From positions 3,096,158 to 3,160,157 of the forward strand of contig CAJINV010000013.1 of NCBI GenBank assembly GCA_905178155.1: a stretch of DNA of 64,000 nucleotides. Reading direction: 5' to 3'. The translations under genes and the position numbers were made by a program. Position 1 is the first letter of the stretch; the number at the start of each line of letters is the position of its first letter. Source of the DNA: Amoebophrya sp. A120. Lineage: Eukaryota > Protista > Dinoflagellata. The notes beneath the pieces were generated by a model that was not told where the DNA came from, did not search any database, and was given only the letters and a program-made list of their open reading frames with translations. Below, in pieces: positions 47,482 to 60,100 of the stretch.

Positions 47482-50400
47482 ATGATGCAGAGGAGGCAAG
47501 GCGAAATCAGGCAAGAAAAGGGATTCGCATTCATCTTTTCTCTGTTAGAAAGAAAGTTAGTGCCACGACACATGCTTGATTTTCTGTGTCATGTGAAACA
47601 AACTTGCCATGTCTTGCCAGTCCTGCAAAATCAAGATCACACTGGAACGCTTTTTCTTTCGTTCGATACCGCAGCTAGTGTGGGTAATATTTCGCTTGCA
47701 GGAAAAAGTAGAGATGAAGTAGATCCAACCGCCAGTGGGTTTGACCTAGAACTTCTTCAAGCGAAGAGCAACAGGAAAAGGGAGAATAAATTCGTCGTGG
47801 GCCGTTTCGATCAGGAAAATAAGCTAAATCCGAGCGTCGACGAAGATTTCACACTCTCGGAAGACGAAGATGATGAAATTAGGGACAAGCAAGCAGACGA
47901 GCCGCGCTCAACGGACCACCACGACGAAAAGGTAAAAGTAAAAGTATATGATGAATAATACCGATACCCGCATGGATCATGTAAGAACGTTGACACGGCT
48001 GCAGAGCGAGCGCGATGCATATTTCTACGTTCTGTTTCTGTCTTGTTGTATACGTTTTCTTTTTTTTGTGAAACAAAACAGGAACCACTAGAGCGCCCGC
48101 GCGAGGCGGAGGCAGCGCCGGAAACCGAGCTACCGAAGGCTGTTGTCACTTTCCCAATAGCAACGACGACAAGATCGCAGCGCCAGCGTGAAGGGGGACT
48201 AGAGGACGGGCAAGAATTCCGGTTCGCGCCGGACCTGCTGCAGATGCACCTGAGTAAGACCAGTAAGAGCAGCACCAGCAGCAGCAGCAGCAGCTCCGCT
48301 AGCAGTTCTGCTTTCTCACCGGATAGCGAAATGGTTGTACCAGCAGACGTCGTTGCAAGGCAGGGAGAAAGCGGCGAGGAGCGGCGAGGTGGAACACCAA
48401 GTAACGCGCCGGACCGCCCGGTAGATGATTTTCCTTTTGCCGCCCCTGGTACCTCTTCTTTGTCGAAAAGCACGAACCGCACACTGAGCCCACAAGCACC
48501 CGGAGATTTGATTACCTCGGGTTGTGAGCGACCTGATGGCGAAGATGGACAGGAGGAAGACCACAGCGTCGCGCGCCCAGGTCAACCTCCGCCGAAAAAG
48601 AAAATCCTGTCCGTCAGCAGACGCGTTGCGGGAGTCTCGTATTGCGTGCAAAAGCATCGAGTTTTCAATCTGCATGGTACCACTTGTTGTAGAGAGTGGA
48701 CAAGATAAAAGGATGAAAGTTGACGAAAAGGTTTGCGTGAACTTCTACAGCAGCAGTGGCTTTTCTCTTGCGTAAGCGTAGGCACTTCATCTTCTACAGT
48801 ATACGTTTTTGTTTTACATTTCGAGGTTGCTTGTTGTATATCTAATATGCACCTTGTATTCATCGCGGTTGCGGTAGTACGAATATCGGATGCGGTACTT
48901 TTGCAGGGGATAGAGTGATCGCGCCATCAACAACGGCAGGGGGCAGTGGGACCACGACGGACCGCGATCATTCGAATAATTACGCAACAAGTCAATATGG
49001 GCATGGTCATGGTCGGAGCTCCGGATTGCCGGCTACTTCCAGCAGTAGACGACGCACCTTGAGCAGAAACAAGTACAACGGACAACCTTCCCACGTCGAA
49101 GTGGGTCGAGATCCTGTTTTGTTCATAGAAGCAGCTAGTACAACATCTACATCAAAACACCCCGCCAGCACAACTGGTGCAACACCAAGCGCGATCTCCG
49201 CGAGCGCTCGGGGCTCGGGGTCGGACCGTCGCAGGAGTGCGCGGGGGGACCGGACTGGTCGGGGTCGACTAAAACAAGCAGTGGCGACGGTGAGCAACCA
49301 GCACCTTCTCGCAGAGGCGTCGCCGCAGAGTGGTACTACTAATGTCGGATCGTCGTGGTCGCAGCAGCTGTCTTCAAGTCAGTCCCGTGGATCGTCCAAT
49401 CACCACAATTTTCAACCGAGCGGTCGGCGAAGGACGCAGTCCATGGGGCGCGACGATGCGAAAGACGTCCAGAAGCCGGGCGAAGTTCAAATACAGCGAA
49501 GCAGCTACGAGGTCGAGGTTGATCCTGCCAACGGCGCGACTGCGAATCCAGGGAATAAGAGTAGCAAGTCATCTTCTTCTGTTCTGTCCAACAACAAGAC
49601 CACCGCCACGCGTGCATCCACTGCGTCAAGCAAGCAACCTAGCGCGTCGAATCTCGCTTCCGCTCGAGGTTCGGGTAGACGGAGCACTGTGGGCGCAGGC
49701 GGTGCTGCAGCTGCGGGGGCTACAGATCAAAATTATGGTCAGCACGGAAGTTCAAGTTCATCGTCTGCGGAACTTTTTCATCACGGGGAAACTACAAAAC
49801 AACACCCTCTGCATCACGGCGCCACAAAGATTCCTCCACCGCCGACGAGCGCCACGAATCCCCGAGCGTCGAATAACAAGCAGTATAGCTCCGTCCCCTA
49901 CCCGACGGCGGCCCACAACAATCCACTTGCCGGCGGTGCTGCTCGGGGGGAGCGTGATCGTGAACGTAATTATTCGAATCGCGGTGATGCGACCCTGTAT
50001 GCCCATGACGCAGGAGAGGGTCCTAGTGGGAGTCCTGATAACAGGACCAATCATGCGAAAGAACGCGTCAGCGTCCTGGTCAATCCGCCCCCGGGCGACA
50101 GAGAGCAGTGCGGTTCATTCTTGCAAGGAAGCAGTACTCCGGTTTCCGAAGCTGCGCCGAACAGGAACTTGCACTCTTCCAAGTCCGCACGGCAGTTGAG
50201 TCGAGGGACGAGTCCGCGAGAAGGAACTTCGGGAACATGTTCTGCTTCGAGCAGCAGCACCACGAACTTGCTTTCATCAAGTAGCATAAACAACTACATG
50301 AAAGCGGGTTCCTCTGTTTCGTCGACCGCTGTCCCCGGAGGTCGCAGAACGTCGCTCGGGGGCCATGATAGAGTCGGATCTTCAGGCTATCACGCTGCCC

Positions 50401-51761
50401 CGGGTACTACAGCACCGGCATCCGAACGGCAGCACAGCGACGCGTTCTTACCTCGGGGCAGGCGTCGCCCCTCGGCATCCCGTAGCCCACGGGAGAAGTT
50501 GGAGCACCGCAAGCCGCGCGACAAAAATAAGATGTCGGCTTCATCATCATCTGGTAAACCCGGAACAAGTACTAGTAGCTCCGCTCCATCTGGGACAACA
50601 ACTACGATGCGAGGACAAACTGACGGCCTGAATAAAGTAGATTTTCGCGGAAAAACTAACACGCGCCGCGACGAGGACGAATTCCAGTCGGAGCACGGTA
50701 TGAATACGGTCACAACTACTAGTCCGCGACGAAACATCAGCAATTTCAGTGACCACAAGATTGTGATGCCCATCAAGATGGTCGAGGTTCAGGAGCGTGA
50801 GCGGGTTCCTGACGTCTTCGAGTTGGTCCAGAACAGCGCCAGGCAGACACCCACGCCCGCGGGTGGAGGTTCTGGTGCGGGCAACTCTGCAGCGCTCTTA
50901 CGGGCGGACGTGGATCTTCACAAGGAGGTTGACGTCGAAGTCGTGCCCGCGGAGGCGAATGAAAATTCGTCGCCGCGACGAGAACCTGCTCCCGGTTTGG
51001 ACGTGGAGCATCAAGCAGAGGCTTTGTCTCCTGTTGAGGCTGACTCAGTAGCTTCAGGCTATCCAATCGCACCGGACGACCGCGAGAACAGAACACAATA
51101 TCGCCGTGGTGGTCAACAACATCAACAAGAAGTCTTAACCACGCCGCCGCAACCTGCCGGAAATTATAACTCTATCGAGTTGAAGGAGAGCATTATCCTT
51201 GCCACACCAGAGCGGCCGGGGCCGAGCTCGTCTGCAGCGGGTGTAGTTGGGCGGGGTAAGAGGAGATGTTGTTGTTCATACGTTTCTTGTATAATCATGA
51301 AACTTGTGCTCGAGCTTGTAATGGTAAGGTAAGGTATTTGGATGATGTGCATCTCTGGAACTACTGCGTCAGCAAGTTCATTTTACAAGAAATTTGTCAA
51401 AATCAACATGGCAGGCCAGCCAAACGGCGCTTCTGCCACGGGCAGCAACACCATCGCGGCTCCGCCACCGTCAAGCTCTTCTGCTGTCGCGCCGTCGAGG
51501 AAAGCAAAAACCGCCGCGGCGACTCCGGAACCACCACGACACGGGAATCATTTTCAGTACAGGTTTGCTGTGCAGTGCTTAATACTTTGTGACGAACATG
51601 ATCAACCACAGAGCGAAAGTCATACTGTCGGAGCTTTTGCTTTTCATCTTTCAACTTGGTTCGAGGTGGAAGTGCATGCTTCGAAACCACCTTCTACTCT
51701 CCAAATAAACCAGGATTTCCACTGGAGCATTCAGCGGAACACCCAGCGGGCAACTGAATAG
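47482..51761 (+). CDS. Hypothetical Ser/Thr/Arg-rich protein, 4 or more exons, start uncertain
   Basis: ORFs link in frame through GT-AG introns 47932(or 47944)-48081, 48677-48906 and 51256-51414. Confidence 0.55.
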
Positions 51762-52127
51762 TCCCGGCAGTGCGCTTATGCAGTGAAAAAAGTATCGTGC
51801 CAGAACTAGTAGGAATCGCTCATTCAAGAAATTTGTGCATGCTCAACGCTGCTTTTGTATACTAGAAGTGGTACGATGCTTTTGCACAGGATAGCGGTGA
51901 TGGAATTTTACCAAGGCGGGACAGGAACGAGACCGACGACCAATGCCTCGTCTCTGTTACGAATCCAGCAGCCGAAGGTTTTGCCGACAACAAGGGTATA
52001 AATGGCGTGGCTTGAGCGTTTTGTCGAGCGTATGATACTTAGTACTATCGAACAGGAGTCGTCTTTATTGTGCTGGTCCTTAGTACTGGAGTCGTCTTTA
52101 TTGTGCTGGTCCTAAAAATAAAGAGAC

Positions 52128-54129
52128 CGGTACGCGCTGAGGCCTAGATTTGTAATCACGATGCTACGACGAGGGTTAGTATTTTTGTGTCGAGCATACC
52201 ATCGGGGAAAGCAGGGGGCCCCCGCCTCCCGCCCTCTCGCCCGCTGGGTATCCCGCCTCCGCAGGGGGCCCCCGCCCTTCCGCCTCCGCAGGGGGCCCCC
52301 GCCCTTCTTCCGGCCGGGCCGCCCGCGGGAGGCCGGAGGGGGCCCCCGTCCTTCTCCGCGGTAAGTCCCTCCCGCGCGCAGGGGGCCCCCGGCCTCTACC
52401 AGCGGTGCCCAAGGGGGCCCCCCGCCTTTCTCTCCCGCGCGCAGGGGGCCCCCGGCCTCTACCAGCGGTGCCCAAGGGGCCCCCCACCTTTTTCACCTAC
52501 CCGCGGGGGGCCTCCGTGTTGGTCGGGGTCCGCCGCCTTCTTTTCTCACTCGCATGCAAGGCCTCCTGTCGCGTACATCGCTCCGCGCCCACAACAGGGG
52601 AAACGCAGCGGGGGCCCGCCGCGCAGTCGGCCCCGCTGCCGCAGGCAGCGAGCTCGCCCTGGTGTCCGGCCGTCCCAAGCGGCAGCACATTCATGGGGCC
52701 CGTGCGGCTGAAGTGAACCAGTAGCGCCGCCTAGGCCTCTTCGCGGGGTCAACCGCAAATACGCGGCCGGAGTGAGCCAGTAGTCCCGCCTAGGAGGCCT
52801 CTGCGCGGGGTCAGCCACAAGTACGCGGCTGGAGCAGGGCAGACGTACGCAAAGGCCCGCGAATAACGCCTGAACACAGGGCGACGGCTACGTGGGACGG
52901 CGGGCACAGAGTTGGGCATGTTGACGCGCTGTGTGCGGCCGCCGACGTGGAAGTGCTGCCCGCGCGTGCCGAGGTGATCGGCCTGCGCGAGCGGGGGGCC
53001 TCTGCAAGAATTAGGGGCAACAGCCGTAATGGGCTGTGACTAGTGTGCGCGTTGGTTAGGAAGACCGCTTGACTTTTGTTTTCGTGGAATACGCCTGTTC
53101 GTTGTGTGGTTGTCAATACGCCAGAGCGACAACTTTCGGGGCCGCGAGTTGTCGCTCTGGCGTATCGTTGTCGTTTTGGCGTATTGACAACCACACAACG
53201 AACAGTATGTATATGGCGTACTACAGTGACAACCACAAGAACCCGAGAGACATTCCGCGCGACAGGCAAAGACCAGCAGTGCGGTGGGGAATACTGCCCG
53301 CATGCGCCGCCGCACGCACTACGCGCGCGGGAGAATATTGACCCCAAGCGCTGGCGCAACCATTTGTCAGGGCACGCAGTGCGCTGAGCAGTCGGCGCCG
53401 TGCTGGTAGGACGTGCGGACCCTGACCCGCGTCGGCGAGGGCCGCCACGGTAAAAGTAGACACGCGCGCGGGCGATAAGCGGAAACACTGCCCACATGCG
53501 CCGCGGTGCGGGTCGCGATTCCCCAGCGTGGCGGTCGCGACCGACAAACCACGGAAACCGACTCCGGTCGAAAGCCGGCGCGTACCATCGCGATTCGAGA
53601 TAAAATCGCAGCGCTTGTTCCGATTTGTGTCACGGCGAGACACATCGTAAAAAAAAGGCCGTGCCGTCGTGATTCGGCTGCGCGACTTGTGCGAAATATC
53701 GCGGAAAACCAGGACAAAGCAACTCCGCAAACAGGGCCCGTAGCAGCGCGATTCGCGACACAAGTGCTAGGCTTTTGCGCGATTTTTTGCACGGTGCAAA
53801 AACTCGCGCAAAAGAGGCCCTACCATCGCGATTAGCATAGCAAACAAAGCAACTTTTGCACGATTTTCACTAGTTTCGCGACAAATCCCGGGATTCGGGA
53901 AATCCCGGGATTCCGGAAAGACGTTAGTAAAAGACAAAAGCAAAAACCAGAAGACCTTGAACGGCCAACCCGCATGGTATGGTGCGCGTAGGCTACTGAA
54001 ATCCTTATAGTTTCGCAGTGTAACAAAAGCCGTTCGCGTTCCACGAGGGCACCGCGCCCGGGTATATGCGCAAGGTTTGACCCCAATCACAATGGTAGTG
54101 CAAATAATTCTAGGCCTCAGCGCGTACCG
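52128..54129. mobile_element. ~2.0 kb GC-rich non-autonomous TIR element
   Basis: Perfect 21-bp TIR CGGTACGCGCTGAGGCCTAGA (52128-52148) / TCTAGGCCTCAGCGCGTACCG (54109-54129). ACCG repeated at 52126-52129 and 54126-54129. Internal GGGGGCCCCC palindrome array, ~60-bp tandem duplications and a 29-bp perfect hairpin. No recognisable transposase. Confidence 0.85.
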
Positions 54130-54142
54130 TTCTGGAATCAAA

Positions 54143-57100
54143 ATGCGTTCTCGTGTTCAAGAAGCCATCACACCTCAGATCCCTCGGATGCAGTTGGACT
54201 ACAATTTTAGTGGAGCTTCTGCAGCCGCAAGCGGCAACCTGCCGTTCCGCTCCATGGTCGGCGTCCAGCATCTTCCTGGGTCGCCGGTGACCGCCGGCGG
54301 GCCGCTTATGGGGTCGTCCACCGGTGGTCAACAACACCAGTTTGCGGTAAACAAGCCCTCGTATCAAGCGCGAAGTCTCTCGCCTCCGGCGCCCATGGTC
54401 GGTGGCACAACCCTCGTGTTTCCCCCAGCAGCAGCCGGCGGGCAGAACGGGAAGTCTGGGGGAAATGGCGTTGGAGCAGCAGCAGTTCCCTCTCCTGGTA
54501 CGGCAACGAATGTTCAATTCGAGGAACCCGCAGCAGGGGGAAGTCAGCAAATAGGTACAGAAACTACGGGCATCAAATAAGTTTCAAAGAAATTCAAATT
54601 CTTAGAAGCAAAAAAATAATTTAGTCTTTGCTCCTCTTTTCGAAGACGCACTGACTTCGTCGTGAGTAGCAGAGAATGATGGTGACATATCAGGTAGCGC
54701 CGCCAACAATCTTCCCTCGGCAGCAGCTGCATCGGCAAACGCCAGCTTTTTTCCGGCAACGACCACGACTGGTGTGATGAAATTTCATCCCCTGAGCAGC
54801 CAAGTGTCGCCGCGGCTCTTTGATTTGCAAACCCGAGCTGCTGGAGGTGTTCCTCTGGCTACAAACAGCCGCAACCGGAGCGGCGGGAAACCGGCGCTGC
54901 AAAATTTCGATTTTCAATCCCACGGGAAATCTCAAGTTCCGTCGCCGGGAGGTGTGTAAGTGGCAGCAAAGTAAAAGGTGCGGGGCAGCATCTTTGGGGA
55001 CAAGTTTTGACTCTCTCAAGAAAACATGCTAGATTTTTGGCGTAGATTTTATCCATTGTCGAGATTCACCGAAAAGATGAAGAAGCGGTTTGGGTCTCTT
55101 CAAATCAGAAGGCTCTACTGCTGCATGTGCAGCATCGTGAACAAATCCAGGTTAGTCTTGCAAAAAATTTTTCAATAAGATAATTTAGCCTGCCCCTGCC
55201 GAGCTGATGCGGCCCTGTTACAATCCCTGCTAGAGCTGTTTTTCAGTTCTAGGCCTTCTTCCCCAACGGTTAGAAATTCTCTGTATGCTTCGACTCAACA
55301 TGGAGATAAGTGTCGTGGTTCACAGCATTGCCATCTGCGTCAAATCGTACCGGTTTTCGTGGTTTTTCACGAAAGAACATACAATTTTCATGCTTTTTCT
55401 CCATACCTCACCGTCGTCCTCTTTGCCTCGTTCGTGCAACACCAATTTGCGTCTTTTCGTCATCGTTCTCCACGTTGCAAAACTACTCGTTGCGAGATAG
55501 GTCGTTCGTCGCGTTGTTCTTGCGTTTCCTCATTGATTTTCACGTCAATCGAGAAGCTGTTTTACCAGTAGTTTTGATGCAATCGTTCTTGTCGTGGCTG
55601 TAATGTGTTTTTCGTCCTACAATCCGGCCAGCTTTACCCTACCCCAAAAGGACATGACTTTATAGAAACTCTTAGCCGCCGAGTCTCCACATACCTATCT
55701 GCGATAGATTTCATGTTTTTTCTTCCCACTATATTTGTAGTAGAACGACCGCGACATCATGATCCCGACCCCGAAAGTGATTTACTAGCAGCGGCGCACT
55801 AATGAAACAAATCCATTGTTCATCAGATTACGATTATCAGTCATTTTACCAGTAGACCTACTACAGTAGAACGAACTACATGTGCTGTTTAGTTTTCACA
55901 GTTCCGTGGTCGATCGTCCGCAATGGGTCCTTTGGGTCGCCGGCCACCGCGACACAAGGACCCATATACGAGCGGTTTCTGGCCCAGGCGAAGCGCGCGC
56001 GCTTCGGGTCGCAGCAGTCCGCGGAAAAGGTCGCGGGGTTTCTGTCCTGGCGGTTTTCCCAGCTGTGCCTGCTGCCGTTTTTTTACTTGATCCGTGGAAT
56101 CATCGACATGACGGACGTGCGACTGTACGATAATTTCAGGGACCACGTGGAGGAGACCGTGCCTAACAACAGTACTACCATGGCCCAGGAGGTGGTTGCC
56201 GAGCTGGCTCCCTTTTTCCGCACGTTGGGCCTCGAGGACCGGTTGCTGGATGCGGTGAATGTGTGCAACATCCTGTTGCTACTCCTGTGCATCGTGTTCA
56301 ATTTCGGGCCGGAATACTTTTTGAAGGGAGGAACAGCAGCTGTATCAGAAGTAGGGGAGAAAAATCATGATAGCTTGCGGCCTTCACGTCGAAGTGACAG
56401 CGCCGGGAACTACAGGAAGACGTCTCGCACCCCAGCTGAAGATGTCCTCGAGGGTAGTGCGACTTCTGCGACCGAGGAGAGAGTAGAACTTCTATCCGAG
56501 GATATGGATGGTCACAGAGCGGCGGAAAGCATTTTGATGCGGCTCAGGGCGGGAAAAGAGACACGGCAGCGTCCGGAGGTAGAATTTGAAGGAAGTGGTA
56601 GTAGATCTGCGTTGGCTGTTGCTGAGGATAATGCTCTAGTACGAGGGGAGACACAACATTCCGAAGGTAGCGCGCCAGAAGGCATAGACGTCACAGCAAT
56701 TGTAGAGGGGATCATAGAAGATCAAGATCATGGCGACGATGATAGACCACTGACGGAACAGGATATTATGACTATACTGGAGCAGCGGCTGTCTGCGGCA
56801 ACACAAGAACCAGGTGGCCCAGAGGACGCGAGGACCAGCGACGGTCAGAGCAAGAAAACTGCAGGCGAGAAGCAGGAAGAACAAGATCCGACTACTGCGG
56901 CGGGCGCAGTGGATTCCTACCTGAGCATGCTGATTTGGCTGCAGCGCGTGGGCGGGTGCATCCTGATCCTGAGCTTTGCGCTGAGCATGTCGGTGCCCTT
57001 TGTGTTGTATCTCCTGATCCCCTTCCGCGCCTGGATCGACGGGACGGGCCTGCAGAAGGTCTTCTGCGTTCGTATAACCCGCTCAGGTGTTACAATCTCA

Positions 57101-60100
57101 AACGTTACAATAGAATCTGGAATTTGTGTTGCAAGAAGTGCATTATCTAGCCAACTCTCATAGAATTGCGCATGACAAGTTTCGGAGCTCCGAACCGCAC
57201 TAGAATCTGGCGAAATTTGTATTGCAGAAAGCGTAACGCTCTGCGAGTCTGTCATGCTCATCATGCAACACAAATCCCAGATTCTATTGTATGTAGTGAG
57301 GTCACCGAACGGCTCTAACCAGGGAGTTTTTTTGACAGTCAGACAGCAAAACGGCCGTCAGTTTTCAAGCCGCCGGAGGCGTTTTTTGACATAAAAAATT
57401 TATAATTATCAAGCGGACGGGGCTTTGCCATCAAACAAGCCCGGTCGAAAACTATCGATTCGCACTGGATAAAACGACGCAGGGGAGCCGGCAAAAGGGG
57501 CGCCCTTCTGAGGCGCCCGCCGCCTTAGTTTCTGGCGATTTGGGGCGCCCAAAAAGGGGCGCGCAAAAAACGCGCCCAAAATCAGAACAGCGAAACAGCA
57601 TGGCACGGCCGCGATTTCGGAGCATTTTGGGCGGCCGCGAAAGCGGCCGCCTTTTCGCCGGTTTCAGAGCCTGGGAAGCTTTGCAAAAAGCGCCGGCGTG
57701 AAAAATAAAAACGCGAAAAAGAAAAAGCGGCCCGCACGCGCAAAGCCAATCCGCATGCTATGGGCCCGATTTTTCTTCGCTTTTTGGGCGCCCCCCGTGG
57801 CACCCGGATCGGCCCCATAGCATGGGGGCTGGCTTTCGGAAAGGAATTTCGGAAATTTTCCAAAATTTGCGACGTTTCCCAAGTGGCCGCCATACCGTGC
57901 GGCATAACGTTACTCACGGCGGTATGGCGAGCCCATAGAACGCAAAGCCGCGGCCAAGGCTGCGGTCGGCAAAAAAACGCCCACGACCTCACTACCTCCG
58001 CCTCGGCGGCTATTATTGGTAACGTTTGAGATTGTAACGGTTGAGCAGGTCATAGTTCGGGGCGTCGCCTACGTTTTGACAAACGTGTATCCGGTCGACC
58101 GGCAGGTCAACGAAACGCTCGTGCTCACGGCCAACGCCTTTGCCTACACAAGAAGAACCAACAGCAGTATTAGAGACGTTCAGGCCGCTTGTCGTGCCTG
58201 GTGCAACACTATGTCTTCCGCCCCGGAGAACTCAGGAGACTCTGTTGTCACTAACTACAGAGCAAATGACCGTTGCTTCGGGGAGTGCCTTTTTGCAAAA
58301 AGTGTTATACCGGAGAAGAACCAGGTGCAGCAGGAAATTTTAGCAAAAACCTCTCCAGGCCGCGGGATAAAGAACGATAGCAATTGGACGACCATGCCTT
58401 CTGTTGATGTTTCCAGGAAGGTTCCGGACTTACTTTTTGTCACAAAAGATGGAGGTGAAGTAGACCCTTTAGCTCACGTCTGGTTTAAGGACGACCAGGC
58501 TCACGCGGCGCAGCAATCTGGCGAATATTGGTGGCGTGCACAAATGAAACACGGTAACCCGAAACCGGAACCCAAAACACCAAATACAAGTTCTACGGCC
58601 CCCTTCGACCTCCACTATGAAGAACAAGACGAAACAGAACCCAGCAACAGCATGATAAGCAAAAACCGGGAGTTTATTGCGGGCCAGTTGCGGTCTGCGC
58701 GTTACGACCTGCTGGGTAGCCAGGACCTGGACGTGGAGGCTTTACTCCAGAAAGAGTTAGAAGCTACAAATAATGGCGGGGATCACCCTGAGTCAGAACG
58801 CGGAAAACTAGACCAGAATCTGACTTCATCTCCCCCGACATCTTCTGCCACATCACTTTACACCTACAACGATGTTGATCCGACTGTGTCCCTGAAGGCC
58901 GATCCGGCGCGATTCTTTGCTGTGGACCAATTCTGTTCGCACCACGGCAGCGCCTGGAAGGACCAGTTCGATTCCTTCGCCCTCCCCTGCGCAGTCGGCA
59001 CGGCGGACGCGTGCGATGAGGTTCTCGGGCGGAAAAGGCCGTTCGTTAGCGACGAGGAGACGACTTCCGGGGGTCCTTCTTTTATTTCCGCCGAAGTAGA
59101 GGAAGATGAAGAAGATGCATTCGATTTCCCCCAAAGCCAGAGTCCCTTTGTTGGGGCGACTCCTAGTACAGGCTCGTTGGAACAAGACGGAAAAAACTAT
59201 GACTACACAAGAGGTTCACGTTCATCTGGCAAGATCAAAAGCAAGTCTTCTTGGCGTACCGGCATGAGTGTTTTTTTGGAGCACCAGACGGCACGACAGA
59301 CGAGAGAAGACAAACTGCATTGGGACACCGACCACATTTTGAATGCTCCTCCTTTCGCCCCCGCTGCTGCAAATGTTGAAAATGAAATTACAAGCTCGTC
59401 GTTGTCAAAACCGGTTTGCCTGGACTACGAGCGAAAGGAAAACGATTACGGAAAAAAGGTGCAAAGGGCGGCGCTGGCCTACATGAGTACGTGTCTGGAA
59501 GAGATGTATTTTTACCACACGGGCCGGTATTGCGAGATCGAGCCGTTGAGATGCGATGCGGAGGTGCGCGCGGAGCTGAAGAAGAAGGTGTTGGAGACGA
59601 AAGCGGAAAAACGCGCGACCGCTCTAACGCCCCCTGCTTCGGTGACAAAAGATTTAGAAGCTGTGCCGCCGGCTCCGGAAGAGATTTTTTCCTCTTCGAG
59701 GATTCTTCCTCGTCGAGGACTTTTATCAGGAATAAATGGGAACGACTTCATTGCAGATGATCATGCCGAACCGCAACTTGATCATGTAATAGCTGACGGA
59801 AATAAAAATAATTCCACCAATCGGTCCGAGGGTAAAAACAACTACTCCATGCAGCTGCACCAGAATCTCAGTTCAATAGCACCACAAGGACGACCAGTAC
59901 GACGAGACGTCATGAATGCAGTAAACGATCTTCGTCTAGGTCCGCCCGTTTCCCACCACGACGTACATTATTACGATTTGAATCGTGAGCCGATAGGACA
60001 AGACGGGCAAGTCGGAGTAGTTCAAACAAGCTTGGAAGGGTCAAAGGTAGAGGAGGAAAATGACATTAATGTGCTCAGCGCTTGGGATTCCGATTTATGG

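Noticed and set aside
52055-52113. Short tandem duplications (GGAGTCGTCTTTATTGTGCTGGTCCT twice; also AGTCAGGTGACCTTATG twice at ~44227-44270 and GATTGTGGTTTTTGTATG twice in intron 24622-24870)
   Set aside because: These are two-copy local duplications, not flanking an element as target-site duplications, with no evidence of function.
52161-54141. ORFs inside the 2 kb TIR element as a possible transposase
   Set aside because: They are Pro/Arg/Gly-rich translations of GC repeats, with no DDE, HUH or tyrosine-recombinase motif visible.
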